From assembly GCA_973895155.1 (NCBI GenBank), contig OZ316892.1, forward strand, positions 20,285,869 to 20,349,868: a stretch of DNA of 64,000 bases, in the 5' to 3' direction. Below the pieces are notes generated by a model. That model was not told the DNA's origin. It was given only the letters and a program-made list of their open reading frames with translations, and searched no databases. Shown piece by piece: positions 25,717-39,020 of this stretch; positions within the stretch are counted from its first letter, which is position 1; each line of letters starts with the position of its first letter. A program made the position numbers and the translations under genes. Source of the DNA: Marsupella aquatica (Eukaryota; Plantae; Marchantiophyta).

Positions 25717-25723
25717 TTTTATA
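25717..25723 (-). promoter_or_regulatory. Putative TATA box of PDI
   Basis: TATAAAA on the minus strand about 115 nt upstream of the PDI ATG. An ACGTGGC (G-box/ABRE-like) motif lies at 25986-25992. Confidence 0.5.
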
Positions 25724-27227
25724 GCTGCAGATGGAGTCTGCGGTGAGTGGGTGCTCAATCATTATTACTCATCGATCAGAAATCCTGCGTGCTTGCGTGC
25801 CGTCCTGAGCGAATCGAGACTTCGCGCGAGCTTCGACTCGAATTGAAGCGACCCAGCTACACTACTAGTATTGGCCTGACCGAAGGACGATTGAGACTGA
25901 GGACGAGGAGACTTTGCATGGGAGATGTAAAGCACTGTAATTACACCGCCCAGTGTCATGCGTCGTGCTTGCCATCGTTAGTGGTGCCACGTACCCTGTA
26001 ATGTACGGGAAGTATAAGTAAGGAGATGGATCTGCAGCACGCTAGTTTCTAAGGTTTTTGAAATATATACCACAATGCCAAAAGAAAACAAAAGGCGCCT
26101 CCAAGTGATTTCTAAGGTTTTGAAAATATGTATCACACTGCCAAAAGAACAAACTATGCCAAAATAGTTTTTGTGGTTTTTGAGATATATACCACAATGC
26201 CAAAAGAACAATGACTAGCCCGATTACTCGTTCCTTGAATGTAAATAGACATGAAGAAGAAAAAAACAATCATGTGTAATACATTTTCTATGTTAATCTT
26301 TGTCCCATCCTTGTTTTTTGTCTACCCTCATTTCAATTTTGTCTGAATTTGGAATCAATATCATTTTTGTCCATCCTCATTTATATTTTTTTTATTGAGA
26401 CTCATGATCACTTTTGTCTGTATTCAGGGTTATGGTCTAGAGGCTTCACTCTAGACCCTAGGCCTTTAAGTGTAGATTTCGTTCTCGCTTTCATAATAAG
26501 ATGCCCATAGGAGACACAATTTCACAGGCAAGAGACCCAAAAAAGGAGAGGTAAATAGGGAAAACCCCAAAAGACCTAAGGACAGAAAGCCAGGGGGTTC
26601 CAAAGAAACAACAACCAAAAACTAAAACCCTAAAAGCCTAAAAGCCTACCTATTGGAAAAAGTCTGGAAAATCTCTAGGGTAAACTGCAGAGGGGGATCA
26701 CATAGAGGACTTTGACTAGAGGGTGAAGAAGAATACAAAGATGATAAAAGTATTCCTCATTAAATTTTGTTACATTAAATTTTGAGTGTTATATCCCCCC
26801 AGGTTTAAAGGACAACCATCAGATTCAGGGTAACCAGGACCGTGGCTAGGTAGGAAACTGGCCAATGGAATAAAGAAAGCATAGCAAACTTTTCCAAAAG
26901 TGGCAAAGAATTGTCAGCAACATAGGATTTAGCAAAGTTTTGCAGCAAAGTAAACTGTTGGATTCTGCAATAAGTAAGTGCAAATAGTGGGTGTCATTTG
27001 TAAGAAACGAGTGGCCTGTGGACCGTCCCTTCTCGTGCAGTTCCTACAGGAAAAGAGCTCCATGGATAGTTTGTTCTCATGTTATTTCATAAAAAGAGCC
27101 ATGTACTAAGAGCAAGAGAACAAGAACAGTTTTTGAGGTTGCTATATTGCTATATGGTGGAACACTCTTTGGTTATCTTGTCTCATTCAATTTGATTGAA
27201 ATATATTTTATGTTAATTTGGCCTAGT

Positions 27228-27848
27228 CCATGTTTTAGCCATGTACTATTTAAAATTTAGTTATTTTTGGCAGCCCTCTTAACTTTTTAAATTTCCTTAG
27301 TTTTTATTAGGTCCCCTATATTTTTTAAACTTTTGGCAGCCCCCCTTAACTTTTTTAATTTCCTTAGTTTTTATTAGGTCACCTATATATTTTAAAACAT
27401 TTTTCCTTACCTGCATGAGAAGGTTCGACCCTTCGACCAAGCAACTAGTACACTATTCGCCCGTTGAGTGCACTTGATATGCCATTGGTCATAGAATTTA
27501 CATTGTTCATGGTTTATTGATGAACAGGTGTCACCTAAATAAAGAGCCCCACATAGAGCAGAAAATTATTAAAAAAACAAAGTTAAGTAGTTCACTCTCT
27601 TCTCTTTGAATCATAAAGTGTTGTACTTATACAAGTACATTAACTACTCTAATACCTTGAAATTAATGCACATGTGGTATTGTACTTTTCTCACTTTTAA
27701 AAAGGTGTGCAGTTTTTTCATTAACTTTTTCATAATCATTCTTTCAATACTTATTTTCATAAACTAGGGTTAAAAGTAAAATGTCTCCTCATTTAAATTT
27801 TTTCAGATAAGTCAAAATAGGCATGTAGTAGGATGAACATGCTATATA
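27228..27848 (-). repeat. AT-rich dispersed repeat, copy 2 (inverted relative to 12836-13297), with an internal ~65-bp duplication
   Basis: Reverse-complement match to copy 1. TTTTGGCAGCCC...TTTTTATTAGGTC is duplicated at ~27265-27385. Confidence 0.85.
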
Positions 27849-29230
27849 TATCTACAACGAGTCAAACAAAGAACCATCGAGTAAAAGCAAAAGAGGTCTG
27901 ATGATTAGGATGAAACCTAAAAGAATATTTTAAGAAGTTGTATATTATGTTTGAAATATTATTTTGATATGAATGCTCACACTTCTGGGTGTCAGGATTT
28001 TCGTTTTGTAGAAATGTACATTGTTTTGGGTGGCAATAGAGCTCAAATGATTAGTGCATTTTTAAAAAAAAATGGGGCTAGCGCCATTTAGTATTGTGCT
28101 TGTTGTGCTTTCTGAGGTTAGTAGTAGGTGTGCCGAGAAGCAAGCAATAGTAATTGCATCAATTTAGAGGGATATTCAATCATAGGATAACATTTTGGGG
28201 AGTTACAGTAGTTTTGGGGACATAAAATAAAATTGGAATATTTTTCTGAGAGTTTGACTCATCTACGTGTATACCATTAAATGCTGCATCTGGGTCTAGA
28301 ATTTACACACTTGTCAAAAGTATATTACAAGAATATCCCTTATATATTAAATGCCCTCTAACCTCAATCATTCTTTACAGGTAGGTGTATTTCTTTATAT
28401 ATATATACTTGTAGCAGGTTCGGGATTATGATTTGGAGGGGTTGTAGCAACTTTCCAAGTGCTTAGAAGTCTCTAATTAACACCTTGTGACCTGTGAACC
28501 TTGGCATAGTACTTTACATGGATACTTGTCAGTTTTGCATCAAGGAGATCATCCTTTTACACAAAACGGAAGGAAAGTGGAATTTTTGTACTTTTCCATT
28601 GTTTGTTTTTATTGTACGACCAAGGAGACTTTCCTGTAGGACCCACCAATAAAAAACGAAATGAAATGCATAGGTGCTGACATAACGTGTGGAATGGTGG
28701 GCCAATGGGATGTTTGCATTGACGACTTACCACCAACCCCCTATTGCCACGTTTGCAGTAACGTAAAGTCTCATTAACAAAAAAGCGGATAGAATAGGTT
28801 ATTCTGTATATTTAACATCTGTTTTTCAAAAAGAAAAATCTATTTTTTAAAGGGAAACCTCAAAAAGGCGAAAACACTTACTGTAGTATACTTATTATAT
28901 TTTTAATATTGTCTTCCTTCCTTCACCTTCGAAAGGGCACTGCATACCAAGTCAACATAATTATTCCCAAGCTTATGAGTAATGCAGTACTGCAAAGATT
29001 GAAATTCTGGCCCAGTGCTTCAAGAGCAACATTCCAGACTTGGCCGAATTGATTGGCCTCGTGACGGATTTCCACTAGACCCATCTAAGAGCCATGTCAG
29101 ATGAACAACACTCCTTGAAATATTTGACTTAATCCTCACTATCCTATGGCAACAGCCCATGCTGCAGAGACCCAAGGATGCAGGAACTATAAATGTCAGC
29201 AGTAGGTTGCTTCCAGCTTGAAGGACCACT

Positions 29231-32200
29231 TCAGGCCATGGTGAATATCCTACCACCAGATGCTTCAAGGCCTTCTAGAACTCTTCCAGCAGTCGCATAC
29301 CCTGATAAAAGAGCTTTGCCAACTGCAAGTCCACCTCTGTGGTTACCTGAAACACAGAGCAATAGAAAACTGTATCAGGGACATTAACAGTACATTCCCG
29401 CCTCAAGGTTTCCTTTAAGATATGTTGACACGTAATCCTGAATAATTTACGGAGGTCTTGAGACTACATGGAGGCTATATGATAGAATTCAAAGTGACAA
29501 ATGAAAATGTGCGCTTCACTGTAAATTTATATTTGATGTTGCAATATTGCTATCATGTGATCACATAATTCAAGCTCAATTTTAATAAATGCTTCCATGG
29601 GTCTCTCCAGATTTTAGCCACTGCATAAAGTCCTGTAATGCTTCGTTGTCCGTAGTTAAGTATGAAAAGGATAAAATATAGGAATCACGGCTTGTTGAAA
29701 CATTCGAGAAAACGCTTGGGAACTCGGTTGTGTTGGTACTCACCAGCGTAATATATTCCAGGAAGAGTTGTTTCTAGCTTGTCCAGTCCGCCAAGAACAC
29801 GACCGTAGTTCAATCCATATTCAGGAAATGCTCTTTGCCAGTAGAAATGCCTGGATTTCATGACAGCTATCTCCTCAGTTTCATGTCGTTATTAAACATA
29901 GAAAGCTACTCAATTGACTCAAATTAATGCGTAAAAAATAGTACCCAACTGTCAGAAGATATCAACCATTTGTTTCAGAATCGACACGAGTCAGTAAGCT
30001 CAGAATATTGAACCAGTATTGTGGAAGAAAAAATCCATTCTTTACCTCACAGCCAATGGCTCGCCTTCTGCACCTACAATCCTTCTCAGGTCCTTGAGAA
30101 CAACATCCTTCAAGATACCACTGTAGAAGCAAAACCCAAGTGAGAAAATCTAGCTCAAAGTTCTTTCGAATGTGTAGGATATTGTTGATCACTGATATCT
30201 TTTCACCTGCGTCACAGTCAATGCAAGCAATGAAAAAATAAAAGGGGATCTTGCTTACAAAGGAGCTCCAGCAAGCTCTTTGTTGCGACTTCCTCCAACA
30301 AATGTAGTGAACATGACCTGATCTGATGGTGCTCGATCAGGAAACATGGATGATGAGAAGAGTGTGCCTGCACTTCCACAAAGTAATTCCCTGAGAACAT
30401 TTCTGCGGACTGTCTGACCCTATATAGCTTCTCCCTGATGGAATAAAAAAGGTAATATCTTCCAAAATGCACGTCTTCTCGCTATGTGAAAGATATCGTT
30501 GCCTTTTTTTGACACTGTAACTTTGTTTAGGGTTTAGGGTTTTAGATATGCGGATTCTGAATCCATCATTTGTGCGGAACACCGGACTCTGCTTCAATGT
30601 GCTGCTGCAGCAGTAACAGGACAACCAAGGTTTTTAGACCCCATTCTATTTTTACGTTTCATGCGTTTTAATTCATACTTGCCTAGTGTTTGGAAACCAT
30701 TTTCTTGTTCCTTTGACGGCACTAGAACTCCAAAACCTTGCAGAGGTTTTCTGACATCTTCCTTTCTGAAAGCCGTGATTAACACGGACATGGGCTGATA
30801 AGTCACCTGCATTCATGACCCCACAAAAGTAAGAAAACAGGAGAAAACAACTTTTACTAGTTTAAATCAAAATCTGAATCTTTCCTATTATTACAAGGGC
30901 GTTTACTTCATCTGTAAGATGTTGTACAGATAATACTATACAATACATACACATCCGCTGACTGGAACTTTACTTGACCTTTTACATCTGAGAATGGCAG
31001 TTCATAGTGCACCGGCATCACACTGTAGTTAAATACCAGTGAAAACGGTTTCGAAGGAAGGAACATAGCAGCCCTTCAACATAATTGACCGAGTACCTGA
31101 TACTCCAAGCAAGTCCCTTTTGAAATCTCTCAAAGGCGACTACAAAATGAAGACCCGAAAATGGGACTAATAACAATGCATGTACCTCTGGTATAAAATC
31201 CACCGGAAAGTGCTTTCCATCCCTACTAAACTGAATATCTCGCAAATTGTTGAGAGGCACCTGGACAAGGCAAGTGTAGCAAGCTCATAAGTGTCATAAT
31301 CAGGAACATTAGCGCAACTAAATTGACAGAAATTCATTTAACATGCATACTCGCCTGCTTATTTTCAATACATTTATTAGTCTCCGAACAAAATCAAAGT
31401 CTGCAGCAGCAGTTGCAGCTTTTCCACGACTTAATTGGTAGATCAGGACCAAAAAGGACGCGCTAACAAGAGCAAAATACCTTTAACGTAGATCACATGA
31501 ATGTCAGTAGATTAGATAAATGCCACTTACAGTCAGGATGACAGCATCAAAGTGCTGCTTGTTTTTTTCTTTCCTTCGACGCTGCGTATCATAAGACGAA
31601 ATAGTCCACTCATCACGAGCTGGATTGCCTTGTTGTTTGCCGTCAAGAGCAACTACTGCTGTGTTCAGCTTGACATTGGCTCCACCAATCCTTTCTGCCA
31701 AAGCGGTTGCAATAGTCTGACACATACTCCACATAACTACGTGTAAAATGGTATGAAGTGGAATCATTGTCCTCCCAAGTATACGCAAACAAACATCCGG
31801 CGATCAATCCTAGTTCAGTATCTTGATAGTCAGCTGACAACGCTGTCAAACTTGCATCAGACTTTTACCTGCAAACCTCCAACAAAAGAAAATGACCCAC
31901 GAGATCCTTTTGATTGGGATGAAGTTTGGGAATTTTTCTTGACGACTTGACCGGAGGGTTTTTTTTTCTTGAAATTTGACTTTATTCCACCCAAAACGAG
32001 AGAACCATGCCTGCAATTCGAATGACAGATTTAGAATCTTCCAACCGATAAAACTTCTTAACATGCATTTGGGCAGAAATTTCAACACAGCTTAGTGACG
32101 AACACACGACTCTGACCAATCAGAGGACCAATGTTGCCTACACTGTCCTTCACGTTTCGAAGAATTGGAAAGTAGGCTTTGCAACGATATATCTATTATA

Positions 32201-35200
32201 CCTGTTGACTGTCACCCTTTGGAAATCCAAAAACGGAGGCATAATCGGTCAACTGCCAGGCAGAGTGACTGGTTTTTGATCTAATTTCCAGTATAGGCAA
32301 GCACAAACCTTTGTTCCAAGGCCCAAAGCTCTGGAAATGTATGGCGAGCCTGCATTAACAAGCAGTTATCTAAGAAAATCGTTACAAGGCACTCCACAGA
32401 AATCTAACAGAAATATGCAGAAACTCTTGCAAGTGTCAAGCTGATACATAACTGCAGGGCCATTTAAAATCTATGGCTATACCTGGATCCACATATCGGT
32501 AGCAAACGATTATTGCTGCTCTTGGGAGCCTATGTGCAATCAGATTCATGTAAGTGCGTATCACCTAATGGACCTTACTAAAAAGTAAAACAATGAAGTC
32601 GGTCGACACTTACAGATAGCAATTTTGGCTCAGACCCTGTTGTGCCAGCAATAAAAGGATCGACCAAGTTTTCCACAGCCTGCTCCATTTCATCAATGCT
32701 TAGTTACACATGGGACTAAAACACAACCAAACGGAGTTTGCAGCCTACGTGTCATGAACTTGGACTGTATTGGTCACGTTTCTCAACATGCATTATTCTC
32801 GAAGCTTAGGTACCCCCTCAATAAAGCCATGAGCATCAAATCTATAAGTAGAACAAGATGAAACAGCTGCAAAAGCAGAAGCTGTGATGCACATATGACA
32901 CGGATGTCTTCTGTAGCTCCTACTTGGATATCACTTGTAGGTCATGCCTGCCCTGCCATTGTCGTCTCTGAAATGCTATATGCAAATGATTACCTGCTTG
33001 CCGACGTGGCGTCCCAAGAAATCTCCAACACTGTAAGCCAACGAGATGTATTTTAATGATCCCTACTCTTCAACAAGATCCACAGAGGACATCACCAAGA
33101 TATATTGCTTCATTACACAGGACAATATAAGACTTCAGAAGTAAGAACGACTCGACAAAATAATTCTGTTTTGGGGGAGCAGTTACAAGATCTCAAAGAG
33201 AAATTCCTGTTCTTCCAAAGATACCTTTCATCCATTTCGTCATCTTTTGCACTGTCTGGCCTAGAAGGCTTGCGTGACCACAGAAAAGGCTCCAACAAAA
33301 TTTGAAGCTGTTACCAGGGAAACCCTCGAAGTTACTTCTCGGGAGGACAAGATTGAGTAAGAACGAGAAATGCACACTGGAATTCACTGCGTGAAATCAA
33401 TAGAGTTGCGAACCGAAAAGAGCATAAAATTTATGATGTATATTCCACTTGTCCCTAACGATCTATAATTTAGCCTCGCAACCAATTTGGCAGAGCGGTA
33501 ATGCAGAGAACTCTGAATAGGTACCTTGGACTTGGTGGAGAGAATTTTGCTTCCAATTAGTCCCAGGGGATTGGATGGTAGCTACATGTGTCATCACATT
33601 AAGTTCCATATACAAGAAACCGTCAGCATAGAGTTTCCACAGGAGTATATACCTGGACCCTAATCAAGCCTATCAGATAACATACACGAAATCATATGGA
33701 CACATGATTACAAATCGATTTAATTGTGTCTGAGAATGAGAGCAGAGCTTACCAGAATTGGAGTTCCATCAAGCAAAATATATCTTCTGTTTTGCAGCAC
33801 AGGCTATGGACAGATCTCACGCACACCAAACTAATCAGTACTGGAGTCTAGCTAATTTTATCACGTGAGAACCCAAGAAAAGCCACCTAGTCTAGCTTCC
33901 AGTCGAATCCAAGATAGCGAGGAACCAAACTACAAGCACGAGTTGATTACAGCCCCGTCATTACAAATCTGTTAATGGTTTACGCTCCAACTTGCTACGC
34001 AAGACTCAAAACACAGATCACAAGAAAGATCTGGGAAACAGTTTTGAGGTCATCGAAAACGTATAATGAGATCAAGATTAGCTCGCCAGCTAGAATACAA
34101 TTTGATTTATCGGAGCTCTCAACGAGTGAAGGACATGACCAGTGTGTACAAAGGTTGCCATACATGTACCAAAACACTCAGAAATTATTTAGTACGTTTT
34201 CTCACCAATTGCTGCTTCTCATGTACCCAAACATTCTTTGATTATTTAGTATGTCTACTCACAAATTGCTGTTTTTCTCGTAGCTGCAAATCGTCTATCA
34301 AAGAGCCCACTTCTGGAGCATTCTCCACCTGCAAAAGCGAAGCAGGGGTTGACTTTTTCATGTTCATAAAATGTGGAACCAGACCTGGCAAAACTGCTGA
34401 CGTTCCAGTATGTTTCCAGTTATTTGAAACCATGACAATCGTGTATTGATTTGAGGGGCATGCTGGCTCAGGATATCTTCGTTAATTCCATCTGCTGAGA
34501 ATTTGGCGGCAGACTTGTCCCGACGACAAAGTATGCTGGTGACTACCCAAAATTGAAAAGTGCAGTACAAATTTTGTGTTTGCCCCTAATTCCGTTCATA
34601 ACGTCAGATTGCACAACTTGAAATGGTAGGATGGTGACAAAGTGGCAAATGAGCTACAAGTGTGATGAATGAGCAAGACAGATATCAGTGGATAGCATCT
34701 TCTTATTGTATCGAAGGCATAGGTGCACCTCGCACGTGATTCCAATTTAAGACACGAACTTATCATGAATTCAATTTTCCCGTCCAAATCTGACCAAGAA
34801 TACTCGAACGATCATTCATAGAAATCATGAACATCGTCCTTTACTGTATTTGCAGGGTCTGCTTTTCATCTCACGGACGTCCGTTCCAGACACATTACAC
34901 AGAATGCAAACTACAGCACGCATCATAGAAATGTGACGGGATGCTTTTATTTCTTTGTAAATAGTACCAAGTACCCAACCCAGTTTCCAGACCGTGCCTT
35001 TATTTCTCTGTAAATCATACAAAGCTACCAACCAAATTTACAGACCAATCCTTGCCTGTAGGGTCAGTGGTACTCTGGTTGCCCCCAAAAGTAGGTCCAA
35101 GACCAAGATCGGATCTTTCTTTGGGTGCTACCCACAGGGAATCTATGCAGCCGGACCTTCTTAACTTCCACATGTGAAGAACCATTTTCTTGGACCTCTC

Positions 35201-36263
35201 ATGCTACCAGGCATGAAGGTTTAAGGGAACTCTAAATCCCTCGGAAGACAATAAAGCCCTGACTGCATAGTAACCCTGCAGGTAGCATACAAAGCTTTCA
35301 ACAGCACACTTTCACTAAAATAGTCCTAACAGTTCCCGCTATCCAAGAGCATCCTAGTCCTGGTTGCTAACTTACCTTTTTCAAACGACGTAATTGTAAC
35401 CCATTCACGAACAGAGACCGAAATATTTAGGAGAATGGCACGGCCTATGCTGGCGCAAAAAGTGGAAAGGCAATTCGCTGACTAACCATAGAATTCGGTC
35501 CAAAGTCCCAAATATAGCCATCTGCAGAGAGACTCTTTAATTTCCCTCCAACAGTTCCTTCAGCTTCAAAGACTGTCACATTGACTCCCTCTGTCCGTAA
35601 CCGGTATGCTGCAGCAAGGCCACTATAACAACAGCATAGTCCGTTATAACAACAACATAGTCCTCAATTTCGCCTTGAAACACAATCGCAATTGGAGACT
35701 ATATACATTTTACGAGATGTGGATTTTAAATCATATCAAAGATTTCACTCATAAGAAGGATACTGGCGAAGAGTGAATCCAAGCAAGCACATCTACGACC
35801 CAATAATTCAGTGATGTTACACAAAAATTCCTCAAACCGAGTAATCTGAAATTCTGCGAGGAAATCTACAAAACAGCGTTAAATTGCTTCGAACAATGGA
35901 TCTTCCTCGCAAATGCAAATAACAAGCTCTTTTATGGGCCATTGACGGCTGCTGACCTGATACCGGCCCCTATTACAGCAACTGATCCAAGGCTATGGGA
36001 TCCTGCGTTACCGATACAAGAAAAGTGTAAATTTCAGACTGGGTCTCTCAACATAAGGTCCCGACATAAGTGCCGGTCAAGAATGAATGAATGAGCCAAG
36101 ACAGAGCAACTACATAAAGAAGATGGCAGGCACATAGGCCGCTGGAAAGGGTAACTCTTCGTCACGGGTAACCAACGTGTCATAGTAGGAATATGAGACG
36201 TGATATTTAGGTGTTCCAGAGCCAGTGCACCAGGAAGGTGAAACCTCTGGCTTCACACGACAT
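29231..36263 (-). CDS. PPO2: Protoporphyrinogen oxidase 2 (PPO2/HEMG2-type), many small exons; start codon tentative (possible upstream in-frame ATG at 37492)
   Basis: Exons encode VAVIGAGIS|GLAAAYRL...WDFGPNSM|[22 protein letters not shown]|[13 protein letters not shown]..|..[14 protein letters not shown]..|[14 protein letters not shown]|FGSLVLG...[10 protein letters not shown]|...[13 protein letters not shown]...TL|[14 protein letters not shown]...TTFVGGSRN|...WQRAFPEYG...|[13 protein letters not shown]...IFTMA* (TGA 29231-29233). These motifs are characteristic of the PPO2 clade. Confidence 0.93.
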
Positions 36264-38762
36264 GCACCCTGCTTCTCGCTGACGGAAGGAATCCACTTGA
36301 ATCCTCAGCAAATGCGGTTTGTGATAGACAGGTAGACAGTTACATCTTGTGGGATATCAGTAGATAGGTAGATAGGTAGGTAGGTGAAGCGGGAACTTTT
36401 GGGGATTCGTTAAGCTGAGCCTTCCTTCTCCATGCACCAAAGAATGTAGATTTAACACAGATGCACCTGAATCATCCACCTTTGGAATAACCATGCCCCA
36501 CAGTCTCACAATCGAGAAGGCATTAACAGTGCACCACATCCCCCCACGGAATCAACGATCGAAGAGACCTGGGCACTGCCCTTCAACCTCATAAAAATTA
36601 CAATTCACAAGACTTTGGCGTTTTGTAATTAAGATCCATAGACTCCCAAATTAAAAGACTACTCTACAGAACAACTATTCAAAGTACATCAAAATGTTTG
36701 CCCTTCAGACTTTTAAGACTCATAGTTGACGAGACTGCCCCAGGGACCCTTTGTTCCAGAATACCAAATTCAAAAGACTGCCCATAGACCTACACTTGGA
36801 ATGACCTAAACAGTGTCCTTGTGTCTCAGAGGTCCAGAATTGAACTGCATTGCCATTCAGCTCCATGGCCCCACAATTGGCAAAGACCTCAGCATAATGC
36901 CCGTCAGCCCTTAGATTCAGAACTGAAAAGACTGCCCATACGCAATTCAAAAGGCCGCTCCAACAGACTCACAGTTAGAAAGACCTTAGCATTACCATTC
37001 TTCTTCATAGATAGGGCCAGAATTGGAAGAACTCAAACTTGCCCGTCAGCCCTTAGAGTCGCAATTGAAATCAAAAATCTCTGCATGCCCTTCAGCCCCC
37101 TCAGAACCACCACAATGTCGAAGACAGCTCCCTTCTCCCTACGATGAGAAGACGTTTGGCATTGCACGTCTGTATTCACTCGCTCACACAAACGGACCAA
37201 CTCCTCACTCACTCACTCCCAGCTGACCAAAGCAACACTCTGAAGCCAAGATTCACTGCTGGTACGCCACAACGATGGCATTATTCTTTTATATACAGTC
37301 TTCATAACGTGGAGCAGAGGATGAGGAGGCCTGAGGGGGGAGGAATGATAGTCATCATGGTCGTAGTAGAAGACGACCACTCCCCTCCCTTCATCTCTCC
37401 AACCGTCCATCCATTTATCCCACAAATAATCAATTACCCACCTCTGCCCTAAAGCGAATAATTGACGTACGCTTGAAACGGAAGATATTCATAATCAATC
37501 ATGACAGACGTGACTCGATGCATGGCGTCCAAAATTCCTCTCTTCCGTTCCGTCACCCCCACCCATCTGCTGTGGATTGCCTCCAGCTGTAGGGCCAAGA
37601 CAGCCACCGAGGCTCGAAGCAAAAGCCCAGCTCGACAGCCTACAACTCCTACACCACTACTAAACTCTGGTCCTCAAGCTGGACGACAAAATCCGCCCCC
37701 TTTAGCTAACAGTAGACGAATAGAATCATCGTGGAAAAGGAAAGAGGTGGAGAGACGGAGACAGAGCGATGACTTCAGTGCTTACTCTCAGAGCGCGCCA
37801 TGCCCACGTCAGAACTGGAACTCGTTCAACCGAACTCAGCTGCTGCTGAACTGAGGAGAGAACGTTGGAGAGAGCGTTGGAGAGAGCGCTGACCGTGACA
37901 CTCAATCGCCCGTGTGGCTTGCTTGTATGCTGACTTTGTGTCTTTATTTATTGCTACACGAATTCACACTCTCCCTCTGTTTCAACCGAGCTTGGCTGGC
38001 ACCGACCAACCAACCGCACCACCACGGAAATTGCGCAACTTTCCCCTCTCCCCTGCACTCAAACTCAGAGCAACCTGAGCACGCAAAACCCTGGCACCGA
38101 TTTCACTTCTGCACTCCACTCCATACTTCTTCACTCCACTGCACTGCACCAGTCCACTCCATACTTCTTCACTCCACTCCACTCCACTGCACCAGTCCAC
38201 CTCCCAGTCAAGCACGCAAAAATGTGTGTCAAGGAGCTGCAAAGTAACCCAACAATGAGTCTTAGTTTATTTCTAAGCCGGCAAAAACACTGCTGCCTCT
38301 CCTGCTGCTTAATCCGGATCAGCGGGACCACTGTACCGCATTCTTCTCGTTGAATCATGCCTATTGGCCAAACGGAGTTGGGTGCCACTCCACTCCACTC
38401 CACTCCACTGGAATGAAAAGAATGACAGCATTAGTTTAGTAGGATTCTGGATTCAGCTGCATTCCATGATTTCCGTAATTCCGTGGCATTGGGTGGCATT
38501 CACGCATCATTCTGGTCTACGATTTGGTCAAGTCAACATTCGGCCAGTCAGTCAAAGAGGAAGTGAATTCCCAGGCAACGAGGGAGCTGACCAACCGACA
38601 GAGGGACAGACCGGGAAGCAGCAATGCAGCAATGCAGCAAGCAAGATCCGAAAGAGCATTTTGAACGTCAACAGAGTCGTTCTTGAACATCTGTGCAGAA
38701 GTGGGCCTGTAGCAAATCTGGAAAACTTGTACGTTTATAGAGGTACAGAGTGCTCTTGTAAG

Positions 38763-39020
38763 CTTTGGGATTCTGTTCACTTGGTTTTTGGACTCGAGTC
38801 CCAATTTCAAGAGGGGTACACTGAACAGTCTAATATCAAATTCTTGTAATCTTTGGGATTCTGTTCACTTGGTTTTTGGACTCGAGTCCCAATTTCAAGA
38901 GGGGGACACTGAACAGTCTAATATCAAATTCTTGTAATCTTGGGATTCTGTTCACTTGGTTTTTGGACTCGAGTCCCAATTCAAGAGGGGGGACATTAAA
39001 GAGTCTAATATCAAATTCTG
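38763..39020. repeat. Tandem repeat, 3 x 88 bp
   Basis: Units start at 38763, 38851 and 38939 (CTTTGGGATTCTGTTCACTTGG...TCTAATATCAAATTCT). Each contains the palindrome GGACTCGAGTCC. A 2 x ~66-bp duplication follows at ~39061-39185. Confidence 0.95.

Noticed and set aside
27415-27445. tRNA gene suggested by GGTTCGACCC
   Set aside because: No cloverleaf or A-box can be built; the motif lies inside a dispersed repeat.
32614-32680. Herbicide-resistance-type substitution in PPO2 (AGTTGSEP versus AGTCGGDP)
   Set aside because: By my alignment the G210-equivalent glycine is retained, as are the R128 and G399 equivalents. The neighbouring positions vary naturally among plants.
37912-38849. ORFs of 86-161 aa upstream of PPO2
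   Set aside because: Generated by (CTCCA)n tracts and the 88-bp repeat, with no protein-like features.
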